Origin: Callorhinchus milii | Taxonomy: Eukaryota | Assembly: GCF_018977255.1 (NCBI RefSeq) | Contig: NW_024704742.1 | Location: forward strand, 44,704,001 to 44,768,000 | DNA length: 64,000 bases | Direction of reading: 5' to 3' | Shown: positions 24,955 to 36,200 of the stretch, piece by piece | Position numbering within the stretch: position 1 is the stretch's first letter | How the letters are laid out: every line of letters begins with the position of its first letter | Translations under genes and position numbers: made by a program | The notes under the pieces: model-generated | What the model was told of the DNA's origin: nothing | The model's input: the letters and a program-made list of their open reading frames with translations, nothing else | The model's database searches: none

Positions 24955-25355
24955 CTTGACATTCTCATCTCTGTGTCAGAAGGTTATGAGTCCAAGCCCC
25001 ACATTGGGACTTGGAACCCATAGAGTCTCAGCTGACAAATCTATGCAGTGATGGGGGTGAGCTCCATTGTTCGAAATGCTGTCCTTCAGATGAGATGTTA
25101 AACAGAGGTCCCGATTGTCTGTTCAGGCAGACATTAAAGATCCAAAGCCACTATTCGAAAAGTGAGGCAGTTTCAACCTGTGTCCTGGCCAACAATCCCC
25201 CAAAGCTGTTTGTGGGATGTTGCAGTGTGTAAATTGGGCTGCTGCATTCATCCACAAGCTATCCAGTCACACCACTTTACAGCACATCCTAAGAAACACT
25301 TTGAGACATCACAAGGAAGTGGTAAGTGTTATCAAATGCAAGGATAATTAATTAT
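24955..25355 (+). mobile_element. DeuSINE/SacSINE1-like SINE
   Basis: ctctgtgtcagaaggtt head; cagatgagatgttaaacagagg..aaagatcc..cactattcgaa core; SINE tail. Confidence 0.8.
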
Positions 25356-25359
25356 TAAT

Positions 25360-26965
25360 TAACCTGGACGTTATCAAATATAACCACTGCGCCCTCACCT
25401 CCATAAAATTGTCCTTGTACTCCAATCTTGGAGGCCAAGGACAACTCCAGGCACCTCTTTTCCATTAACAACTGGCTCATCCGCCCACCCTCTCATGCCT
25501 CACCCATACGGCAACTGCGAGGCAATGCTGGACTTCCTCAAAACCAAAGTCAAGGGGATCCACTCAGCTGCCTCTGCCCTACCACTTCCTACCCCCTTGC
25601 CATCTCCCTCTCCCATCCCTACCCATTTCTCCCTCCACACCTTCAAACCTGTCTCCTACTCCTCTCTCACCACGACTATAAGCTGCAAGAAGACAACCAC
25701 CTGCACTCCATCCACGCTCCTCTCTTTACCTCCCAGCTCCTCCTCCTTGCCCTTCTACTCACAGACATCATAATAAACCTCTCTCAGTCCACTGGACAAT
25801 TCCCACCCCATTAAATATGGCCATCATCACCCCATCCTTAAAAAACCCTTCCTGGACCCATCCCTGCTCTCAAATTACTGCCTCATCTCAAACCTCACTT
25901 TCCATTCCAAGGTTCTGGAACGAGTCATTGTTTCCCAGCTTCACTCCTTCCTCTCCCAACACTCCCTTCACAAATCCCATCAATCAGGCTTCCATACACC
26001 CACAGCACAGAAACAGCTTTGGTCAAAGTGACAAATGACATTTAGCCCATCTGCAATCAGAGCTCCCTCTGCCTCCTCATCCTTCTTGTCCTTTCAGCTG
26101 CCTTCAATACCATTGACTACTCTATCCTACTCCACTGCCTCTCCACAGCAACCTTTATGGTTCTGTCAGGCGCTGAGAGCATCACCATTCACAGATGTAT
26201 ATTCCACCTTACTAAGCCAGTCCAGGAACCTTGGCATCTTGTTTGACCCCGGTGGCAAACAAGATGGCACAGTCATCTTGTTTGACTGTGCCATAATTCA
26301 CTCTGCCTTCCCCCATCTCCGTAACATTGCCCGGCTCCGCGCTGTTTCACACCGAAGGCCACCGAAACCCTCATACACGCATTCATAACATCGAGGCTTG
26401 ACTATGAAGACTCTTTGCTTGCTGGCCTTCCCAACTCCTCCCTCCATAGGCTGCAAATCATCCAGAACTCTGCAGCCTGGGTCCTCTCCCTCAACAGGCT
26501 CTGTGACCCTATCAACCCTATGCTTACCCGACTCCACTGACTTTCCATCACACAGACAGTTCAAGATCCTGGTCCTCACCTTCAAAGCCCTCCATGGCCT
26601 TGATCTACCTCTATGACCTCCTCCTCTATGACCCTATCCGCCTGCATGCTCCCTTTGCTCAGCAGACTCCAGCCTTATTCACATCCCCGCCTTGCCCGCC
26701 CCACCATTGGCCTTCAGCCACTCTGCCCCCATCCCTTGGAACGCCATCCCACAGTCCCTCTGCCTCGCCCCCTCCCTTGCCTCCTTCAAGACCAATTTCA
26801 AAACGCTCCTCTTCCACCATGCCTTCAATCACCCTCCTTCCCCACTTGCCTTTCACCCTCCCCGATCCCGACCCCCAGCTTGGGTCTGAAACACTGATTG
26901 TCCAGCACCTTGGGATGTCCTCCTGATGTGAAAGGCGCTATACAAATGTAATTTTGTTGTTATTA
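25360..26965 (+). mobile_element. L2, 5'-truncated, degraded
   Basis: EAKDNSRHLFS, ETALVKVTND-like, AFPHLRNIARLR; type A tail at 26905-26965. Confidence 0.9.
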
Positions 26966-28134
26966 TATTAATAGCTACGTAGTTGGGAACTGGGTGTGCA
27001 GCTTGTCTGCTGCTGTTACTTGCACTGAGGCTTGATTTGCTCTCCACAGGACTCTTACTATGTTACAGCTGGACCAGGATGTCAACACTGGTAATATTTT
27101 TATGCCAGAATGTAGCTTATACACAGTAGATTGAGTCAATTAGAGTTGAATCATTTTTTAATTTATGTGACTTTGTATAACCCAAACAAGTATCCTGACT
27201 ATCCTCTTTGGGGGGAGGTAAACAGGGCCTCTTTGGAGCTGAATCTGCTCCAAGGTGATGTGCATGGCAACAATGGAGCCTGCAAGGTGGAATAGCTATC
27301 ATATAGTTATTAAACAGAACTAAGTTAAAAACATCAGAGAAGAGCCATGTAAAATGTTGTGAGCGATGGATATGATTGATTTCTACTTTAGCTGTTATTC
27401 TGTACTGAGTAATTACTTATTATCTTTTAATAACTAGTCTTTTCTTTGACCTTTGTCTATGAAGTGGGACACTTCATCTCTGTTACAGCATTCCAGGTGT
27501 GTAACGGCTTCATCTCGATGATTAAATTAATTATGAATAATTCATGACAATCATTCCCTATATGCTTTACATTTATAGTTAAAATTCCTACACAAGTGCT
27601 CAGCTGTTCTTTATATTAAAGAATTATTTTCCTTTGATAACTGTTTCATACTACACGATCAAGAACCCAAGTTTTAAATACATTGAAATAGCTTTTTGAC
27701 AGAAGCAAGTTGTGATTTGATTTCTCAAGGGTTTTATAACCCAGATACTTTCACAGATAGCTTGGTTTATTTTTATCACTCACCCACCCATCTTGAACAT
27801 CCAATATATTAACAATGTGCCAAGTACAGGTCGGTCAAAGATCAGAGCTCAGAATGACAGGATCTTCCAAGTGGTCACCTTCAAGCTGCTGATGGAAATG
27901 AAAAACGGCAAACAATCATTACACAGATCAGAGACAAAACAAACTAATTTCAATCAGAACCTTTTTTGGCATGAAAAATGTTACATGCGCTTAAAAAAAA
28001 GATATCAAATCAATAATGTTTATCCTGAATCCTAGTTGGTTTTAGAATTGTATGCCCTCGGCTTGACATCAAAACTTTCTGCAGTATCATGCATATTGTG
28101 CATGAGTCATTGCTCAAATAATTAGAATAATTAG

Positions 28135-28461
28135 AATAATAATAATAATAATAATAATAATCCTTGCATTTGATATAGCGCTTTTCACGTCGGGAGGACG
28201 TCCCAAAGTGCTTCACAGAACACACTGTAAAGTGAATTGACTGTATATTTGTGGGCGAACGCGGCAGCCAATTGCGCACAGCAATGTCCCACAAACAGTC
28301 GTGGATTGAAAATGACCAATTTATTATTGTTTTGGGTTTTGGAGGGATTATTATTAGGCGTGTGGAGTAAGGAAACTTGCCCAAGGTTTCGCCCTGCCTG
28401 GAATTGAACTCAGGTCTCTAGCTTGCAAAGCGAGTGCTCAACCACTGAGCTACAGGACTCC
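28135..28461 (-). mobile_element. tRNA-derived SINE, short form, full length
   Basis: Complete; TSD AGAAT at 28133-28137 and 28462-28466. Confidence 0.95.
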
Positions 28462-28527
28462 AGAATGCTGCTAACTGCAGAGTGTACAATATTTATATAT
28501 TGTACTTTCGTTGAATATCTTTTATTC

Positions 28528-28758
28528 TGTCCCATGGCACTATTCAAAAAGAGAAGGGAGTTTCTTCCAGTGTCTTGGCCAACAATCCCCCAAATAAAAT
28601 TGGTTACTCACTTCATTGCTGTGTGCAAATTATTTTACGTGTTTGCCCACAAAATACACAGTTCTTCCACTTTACAGTATATCCTGTGAAGCGCTTTGAG
28701 ATGTCCTCCTGATGTGAATGGCGCTAAATTCAAATGTAAGGATTATTATTATTATTAA
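28528..28758 (+). mobile_element. DeuSINE-type SINE 3' part
   Basis: cccatggcactattcaaaa..ccagtgtcttggccaacaatccccc..ttgagatgtcctcctgatgtgaa..(TTA)n. Confidence 0.8.
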
Positions 28759-28796
28759 TAGAACCTGGAGGCAGCAGCAGACACTCAAGTGGAGAC

Positions 28797-29218
28797 CAGC
28801 CATGCTTTGACCTGCTCAGGTATCCCCCATCCTGTTTCATTGCTCACCACCAGCATCTTAAGTGTAACAAAATTACATTTATAGAGCGCCTTTCACGTCG
28901 GGAGGACGTCCCAAAGCGCTGGACAGTCAGGAGTCGGGAATAATATATTATTGAATATAATACAATACAAATTTACATTTATATAGCACCTTTCACATTG
29001 GGACTGGCCAGTGAGTGTAAGGTTTGCAGCCGAGCTTTGAGTGGGGTTGGAGTGGGAGGTGGGAATGGCCGAGGACATGGTCAAACAGTAAGGTCTTAAG
29101 GCTTTAAAGAGAAAAGGGAAGAGGTGAGTTGAAGGGACTCCAGGATGGGACACTTAAGATACTGGTGGTGAGCAATGAAACAGGATGGGGGATACTTGAG
29201 CAGGTTAAAGCATGGCTG
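28797..29218. repeat. 69-bp inverted repeat pair (28797-28865 and 29150-29218)
   Basis: 66/69 identity between arms by manual alignment. Confidence 0.9.
28866..28940 (-). mobile_element. Young L2 tail fragment
   Basis: agagcgcctttcacgtcgggaggacgtcccaaagcgct. Confidence 0.9.
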
Positions 29219-29385
29219 TGGGATTTAAAAGACATCTGAGAGTTGAACAAGCTACCGATGTTCCATACAGGCTCCAATAGGTGAACTGTGCATCCATACA
29301 AATTGATGCAATCAGGACCTGAGATTAGAGGGAGCTGATGGGAGCCAAGCAGGAGAGCCTTTGTTGACATTGATCTGAAGAAAGA
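28955..29385 (-). mobile_element. Old, internally deleted L2 3' fragment
   Basis: Tail, then FLQINVNK/ALLLGSHQL-like segment. Confidence 0.75.
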
Positions 29386-30129
29386 AGAGGAGGTATATCC
29401 CACACAAGTACACCATAAATAAAAGGCAGTTACGTGCAATGAAATATATAATATGTGATTTTATATACCAGGAAGATAGTTTATAATGCGGAATTCAAAA
29501 ACGACCAAAGGTGAAATGTAAAGTCAAAGCAAGATTACTGTCATTGTCACAGGTCAATGCAGACAATCATAATATATCTGATCTGTAGTTATCCAAGCAA
29601 ATTCTGGATGATATCTATCTGTAATACCTTGTCTTAGGACATCTTCATAAGGTACCTTGACCACCTGGTTCCTTAGTTCTATTATCTCTTCCATTTGGCA
29701 CCTCTCTGATGGCACATTATCTGCCAAGCCACCAGATAATGTATTCCTATTGCTTCCTCCTTTGTATATCACAGCTTCCAGAGCTACTTGCTCTTCTTTC
29801 ATGCTCAAGTAATTAACAGCCAATTTCAGATGCCCTCCTGTACACAACAGGGCCCGCGACTTTTGAAATGTCCAATCTTTATTCTGTCAAATTTCAGACT
29901 CCTGCTTCTGTTCCGTCTAAGGAACCAAATAGCCAACATTGCTCAGAACACAAAAACTGTTCTTTCAATTCAATTATAAACTCATGTACCCTCATGCACA
30001 GCAGTGTAAAAATGTACTCCTTATAAAGGCAAGTATTATCTTTAATTGTCTCTATTGTACAAAAGTGAACAGCAGAAACTTTCATGCACAAATAGTCCAC
30101 TTTAACCGGAAGGTGGGTATTGGTTCACA

Positions 30130-30410
30130 ATGCAATATAATTTAGATTTATATAGTGCCTTTTACATCAGGAGGAAGTGGCAGTTGGTTTAATATCTCAT
30201 CCAAACGACAGCACACAAACACAACAAATACAAATTTACATTTATATAGTGCCTTTCACATCAGGAGATCTCCAATAATGTTGTGGACGTTCCCCAGTAT
30301 GACACTGAATTGTCAGCCTAAATTATGAACTCAAACCGACGACATGCGGCTTGAAACCACAACTTTCACTTTCAGAAGTGAGAGTACTATCAGCTGAGCC
30401 GAGCTGACAA
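30130..30410 (-). mobile_element. DeuSINE-like 5' part with two L2 tail fragments
   Basis: ggtttaatatctcatccaaacgacagcac..tgtcagcct..cttgaacc; tails at ~30140 and ~30225. Confidence 0.65.
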
Positions 30411-31179
30411 TTTATACCTAAGTCTACAAATGATACTGTTTGCTTTACAAAGGGTTTGACATGAGCACCTGCCTAAAGGCTACCAAATTTATAGCCTTTA
30501 CCAATAAACAGCTGGTGGCAGCATGATGAAAGTAATGATAAGAACCATATAGATGACTGGCAGGATCAGTAATACCTCTTGTTATGATCACATATAAATG
30601 CAAACCAGCTGCTCCATTTACTTCATATTTTTCTTACTTATACCAACATTTCTTCAAAGCGCACACCACCATTTGGAATGTGTATTCATAAAACAAAACA
30701 CCACATGGATCACAGCACGATGTGACATTTGTGGTCCTGACCTCACAACTTCACTGATAATGTATTATGCAGTCAGTGCCAGTCAGTGCCACTTTTGTAA
30801 CATAAAAGGACTTGTGATGTCCTCTATTTAAATAAAGCAAATAAAAGTCAGTGCACATAATTTGCACAAAATAATTTCATAGTAAGCTTTTATGGAAATG
30901 TGTTGCTATATAGGGTCTAATTTACAGTGTATCTAAATTAAGAGATCCAGGTGGGGTCTCGGACATTATTTCACATTAATTCAAAGGTACCTGAATCCGG
31001 AAAAAATATTGAGTTGAAGCATTGTTCCCACAAGCTAGTGTCACAGGCATGCACATTTCTAAATATTGTAAAATAGATCCTGCAATCTTTGTTCATAAGG
31101 ATTGTATATCTTAAGAATGGTTGTTTCTACTGTGGAGCGGAGCATTGCAGTCCTGTACTTCTCTTTGTCAGATAAGACA

Positions 31180-31452
31180 AAGTCCTAAGGCCAGTGGTTA
31201 GAGCACTCACCTTGCAAGTGAGAGTACCTGGTTTGATTCCCGGCAGGGCAAAATTTTGGGGAAGTGTCCTTACTTCGCACGCCTCTGTTTACCTAGCAGT
31301 AAATAGGAACCCTGTTGTTAGTTAATTGGTGGATTGCTTTTCCGGTGGTAATAATTCCATCAAAAAAAAATAATGAATTGGTCTCCTCAATCCACGACTG
31401 TTTGCGGGACACTGCTGTGCGTAATTGTCTGGTGCGTTTCTCCCACAAAATC
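31180..31452 (+). mobile_element. tRNA-derived SINE, long form with CORE-like segment (3'-incomplete)
   Basis: Extra segment gcctctgtttacctagcagtaaataggaaccctgttgttagttaattggtggattgcttttccgg absent from short form. Confidence 0.85.
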
Positions 31453-31454
31453 AA

Positions 31455-31745
31455 AGAGATGGATTTTATGGCACGTTTTGAAGGTAAGATAAATGGGAGG
31501 GGACAAAGTGGAGGCACTCCATAATGGAGTTCCAGAGAGCTGAGGCAGAATATCTCAAAACTCATTCATCACTAGAGGGGTAGATTGGGTGAGGTGTGTG
31601 AAGAAGGCTGTTGTTTGGTGAGCGAAAAGAGCATCTAGGTCGTACAGATAGGGTTGGTGAGACCATAGAGTACAACGTGTGAAAGGAGGGGATCCGGCAA
31701 ACAGGGCATTAGAATAGCAGAGCCCAGAGGTGAGCAAGATGCAAA
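31455..31745 (-). mobile_element. Old L2 fragment
   Basis: SGLCYSNALFAGSP resembles SRLDYSNALLAGLP. Confidence 0.6.
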
Positions 31746-32953
31746 ATATTGTGTTAAATATACCTGCAAAGTAAAAGCATTTATGATGGTAAGGTAGATT
31801 TATCTCCTGCAGGAAAATTGCATTTGGGCTTATTTTACATTTTGAAATCTGTACATTGTATTCTTCTCTATTTTGTTGAACAACACATACCATGCATGAG
31901 GGACATAATGCAATGAGTGAAATCAAGGAAAGAATAACCTCGTAGTTTTTACTATGGAGAATCCACATGATTTCTCCTTATTGAGTGTATAAAATTGTTG
32001 TCTGCTTAGTCATTCTCAGGTTTTCTATTGCCTGTGGCATTAATCTGCTAAGAGGAGCATCTTTATTACTTGCAATGATAGATGTGTCTACTATTTTGGC
32101 CCAAGATGCCAAAAACAAAAGCTTTACTTCAGGCAAGCTTGCAAGCAGAAGGAATCCAGCACATTCAGTCACATGCTGACAGCCTGCAATCCTTGTCAGT
32201 TTCTTTGCACAGAGGAAAAGTGCTCCAATGTCCCTGCCCTTTCCCCATTGTATGAAAAGAACAAAAATGAAACTTGTGAATGTAGATTGCTAGAATAGTT
32301 GGGTTGATTTTGCAGTATTTCTCGACCGTCAGTGATACTGACTTGCAATTAATCTATCGTTGGGGCAGGGTTCCCTGGAGTTGGGGTGGTGTGTAAGGTA
32401 CCTCTAGTCAGCAGAAAAAGTCTCCACTCATATTTCTTAATTAAGAAATTGACACAAATTTTTTTTTAAGATCAGGTGAGTGTGCCAAGATAAAGATAAC
32501 ATCTTCTCTGTAAAACTAGAAACATTACACTCAGCTCTAGATGGACTCTATTCGTTTGGGATTTTTTGGAATATTCTGAATTTGGCAAATTGGTGAATTC
32601 AGTTTTAACTTTGAAGTTGGTTTTCTGTAGTTTTTAAAAGAACTTACAGCAAATTGCATCTTACAAAACTTTGGCTTCAAAATGAAGGCTGTATTTAAGA
32701 ATCTGGTTGCCCTGAAATACCACACAAAGAGAGTAGTCCAAGTGGAATTTCTCCCTAGTTGAAGACATCGGCAATGGCACAACATATTCAGAAATTTAAT
32801 GGTACTCCATTTTACTTGTGAAGAGAGTAACTTTACTGGAAGAGAAACCCTATTGTATGTGAAGTTCAAAATTATGTAATCAACTCTGAATTTAGGTAGC
32901 TTTAAGGAATGTAATTTAACGTTAATTAGTGGTATTTGTTACCCATCACTAAG

Positions 32954-33046
32954 GCAACTTGTAGTTCACCTTCCTTCATTGTCGTCCTCATTGGAACAGC
33001 TATTCTATGTGCGTCTGGAACACTGTTCGTGATCCGCCAGCTATAA
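32954..33046 (+). CDS. Candidate terminal coding exon: ATCSSPSFIVVLIGTAILCASGTLFVIRQL* (hydrophobic C-terminal anchor); gene unidentified
   Basis: AG at 32952-32953, open frame with about 20 uncharged residues then RQL-stop, locally retained CpGs, AATAAA at 33378-33383; unique non-TE sequence. Confidence 0.25.
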   Translation, partial: ATCSSPSFIVVLIGTAILCASGTLFVIRQL

Positions 33047-33578
33047 GATATACTCTATTATCCAATGATAGGAATCAAAGTACTGATATTGGCAGCAGGC
33101 AGGCGTATCCCAGTGTCGATGCAAAATTAATGTGATATGATCGGGTAAATATAACAATGTGTGATAAGTTAACACCAATGGCTTTAGTTAAACACTTTGA
33201 GAATCAAATTAGATACAGAACAGTCGTGATACAACAACAACTAGCATTATATAGTGCTGTTCTTGCGGGGTAGGTCTTGGCGTGCTTAATATAAATTAAG
33301 ATATCTAACGTAATTTGGGGAATTAAGGAAATTATGTTTTCAAAGATTTGTTTTCCAAACTGTTCTTGCCATAACGCAATAAAGATTACAATAACATCTG
33401 TTGCAAAATTGTAAGTTTGTTTCTGAAATAGCTACACACTGCAAATATTTTAGATGTAAATATATTAATTAGACATTTTAGATCCCTGGGTTCTGATACC
33501 TGTTCTAGTCGAAAGAACTGAATACGACTCAGCAGGACAACTATGTATATGAATGCATAGTCTTAATCACATAGTTAG

Positions 33579-33643
33579 AGAAGATCTGATAATTATTATA
33601 ATTTAAGATGATCTTATAATTATTATAATTTAAGAAGATCTTA
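33579..33643. repeat. 27-bp AT-rich tandem repeat, about 2.4 copies
   Basis: agaagatctgataattattataattta / agatgatcttataattattataattta / agaagatctta. Confidence 0.85.
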
Positions 33644-35504
33644 AAACATTAAGCTGCCTTCCTCTTCAGAAGCTGATTGACCTCCTGTAGATTTCCAGCC
33701 TTTCTATTTCTGTTTCAACTTCAGTGACAATTGTCCCTTCGATTTTCTTTGTTTTACTGCTCATTTTTGTTCCCATCACTGTGTTTGCCGACTGATTCTC
33801 ATTCAAAGTACGAAGATTACTGTACCTAATGGAGACTAACTTCCCTTTTAGGCTAACTAAAATGACTTACTACTTTCTACTACATTTTACCACTACAATG
33901 AATAATGATCAATTATTATAATAAGAAGAATATTCTATTAAGTGCTGACTTTAAGTGTTAAATTTGGTTATTAACCATTTCTTTAGTGAATTTCTAGAGG
34001 TTACTTTTTGGTCAGCCGGGTGTTTGACACATGTGGAAACCCATCATCATGCTTGAGTGTATCCAACCCAAGCTGAGATTTCCATGCATTCCACCCACAC
34101 ATGGAAATCCCAGAGATAGATTGTTGGAATGTGCACTCTCTCTTTCTGGAGGGATGTATCTCGCTTACCTAATCCCGAAACGCATGAGGTGCAGGTTGGC
34201 AAGAACTAAGGTTTGGGGACCCAGAGTGTGCGTTGGGGTACTTCTGGAGTCTGACAAGTTTAAAATCGCATAGCTTGACATTGATAGCACTGTCTGGCAA
34301 GCTTTCCTGCTGATTGCCCAGCTCGGGCTATCCTACTCATTAGGGCTTTGGCTTGCAGGGTTAACAGGAACTGAGTGGAAAGATCCCCTATCCCCAGTGA
34401 CTGGTCCTTCCAAGTCCTGCCAATGAGCCAGGCTCCTGTGCTGTCATCAGCAGTGTCCTGGAGTCCTGTCTTAGGAACTGACTATACAGGCTGGGAATGT
34501 CTCAGGATTGATTCCTAGTTTGTGCTGAATTATCTGATCTTTGGGGAGGGTAATAGGATTATTCCAATTGTCCTCAGCATCTCAGGTTAGGGGAGAAACA
34601 GACGTTCTCCCATACTCTGTTCATTTCATTTGCATATGATTGCCCAATTCCTGTTTAAAGTTACTTTAGATTCTGCTTTAAGCATTCTTTCAGTTGTCCT
34701 ATGAAAAAAAAAATATCCAACTCTTGCTCTTTTAGTAATTATCTTAAAACTGGTATAGGTGAAAGCATATGCTACCATGAAACAAAGTAATAGTCAAATA
34801 CCGTCAAATCAAAACCTTAGGTAGGATTTGCGACTTACATGTCATATTAAATGTGATCATCATTGTAAACCCAAATGAAAATTGGTCACACATGGAAAAA
34901 ATTGTCAGTATGACAAACAACTTGGATTTGTAATGATACACAAGACAGTATTACACATTAAGCTCAGACACACAGCATTAATTTAATTGATATATGAGGT
35001 CATCTTCACCCTCTGATCAACTATTGTTTTAAGAGTTTGAAAACACATCTTTGCAAGGAAAGGCAAGGAAGAACCAAAAGTGAGCGGTGAAAATATCAAT
35101 ATTTTTAAACAAAATGGATTTTGCTTTGCAGGTTGAGTTCATCTTTTGCAGTAATAGGATTTTAAAAGAAATGAAGGTCTATGAGTTTGTTGGCACCTTC
35201 ACTTCTATAGGTACCATCAATCATGATAAAAGTGAAGTCGGCAAGTCAGCGATGAAAGTGTCGCCCATAAAATTTGTGTCAGTTTTCATCACACTTTGCA
35301 AGAAGGAACAGATTTCACTTTAAAGGAAGCATTTGAAAGTTAAAGTGCCAGTTTGTCAAGGTTGTTTGTTTGAGATGTATCCACATACAGTACTTACAAT
35401 ATTACACTGAGTAGATATAAAAACAAATGATGGCATGATGTTGAGGCTTTGGTAACTAAAGGTAGAATCAGCAAAATCAGCTCACTGGCTGCTTATTTCT
35501 ATCT

Positions 35505-36200
35505 GTCAGCTATTTCAGTTGGTAGCACTCTCGCCTCTGAGTCAGAAGAAAGCCCCACATCGGGACTTTGAACTCACAGGCAAGTCAGGCTGACGTTCCA
35601 TTGCAGTACTAGGGGTGTGCTGCACTGTTGTAGATACCACTCTTTGAATGAAATTTTAAATTGAGGTCCCGCCTGCCTGTTAGAACATAAGAACATAAGA
35701 AATGCTAGTTGAAAAAAGACCAAGGTCTATCTTCCTGGCGGTCGCATGCACATATGTCCCGAACTACCTGTGTACTATATCCCATAAAGTTATTTCCTAA
35801 AAGAAAACAATCTAATCTGTGTTTGAAAGAATCAACAATTCCTGCTTCACCAGTGTCCCTAAGGAGCCTGTTCCACAGGTTCACCATTCACTCACTGAAA
35901 TAGTGTTTGAGTATATTTGTTCTGAATTTACCTCCCTTCAATTGCAGGCCATGTTCTCGGCCTGTTCTAGCGGATGTTAAAGATCCTGCAGCACTAATTA
36001 AAAAGAGAAAGGATTTTCTCCTAATTTCCTGACCAACTATCGGCCAAATAAAATTGCTCATTCACTTCATGATTGTGCGCAAATTGACAGTTGGATATAT
36101 GCTGACTAGGTTTTATAGTGAATCCTATGAAGTGCGTTGGGACGTCTTCCCGATACAAAAGGTACTATATAAAATGCAAAGATCATTTAGTTTTATTATT
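35505..36200 (+). mobile_element. DeuSINE/SacSINE1-like SINE interrupted by CR1
   Basis: tcagttggtagcactctcgcctctgagtcagaag head; Deu core resumes after 35960; tail ~36130-36200. Confidence 0.85.
35682..35959 (-). mobile_element. CR1 3' fragment
   Basis: (AGAACATA)n tail; MVNLWNRL..VDSFKHRLDCFL (CR1 ORF2 end); TSD GCCTGTT at 35675-35681 and 35960-35966. Confidence 0.9.

Noticed and set aside
28010..28384. Recurrent MGKFPYSTRLII...CKDYYYY peptides (5331, 14036, 28010, 52859)
   Set aside because: Translations of the SINE body and (TTA)n tail, not a protein family.
31200..31225. Apparent compensatory change in SINE anticodon stem (CTCAC/GTGAG vs CTCGC/GCGAG)
   Set aside because: Both changes are CpG-deamination type and need no selection on structure.
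35087..35323. 78-aa ORF after a TTTGCAG acceptor-like site
   Set aside because: No recognisable homology or convincing donor; chance frame in AT-rich DNA.
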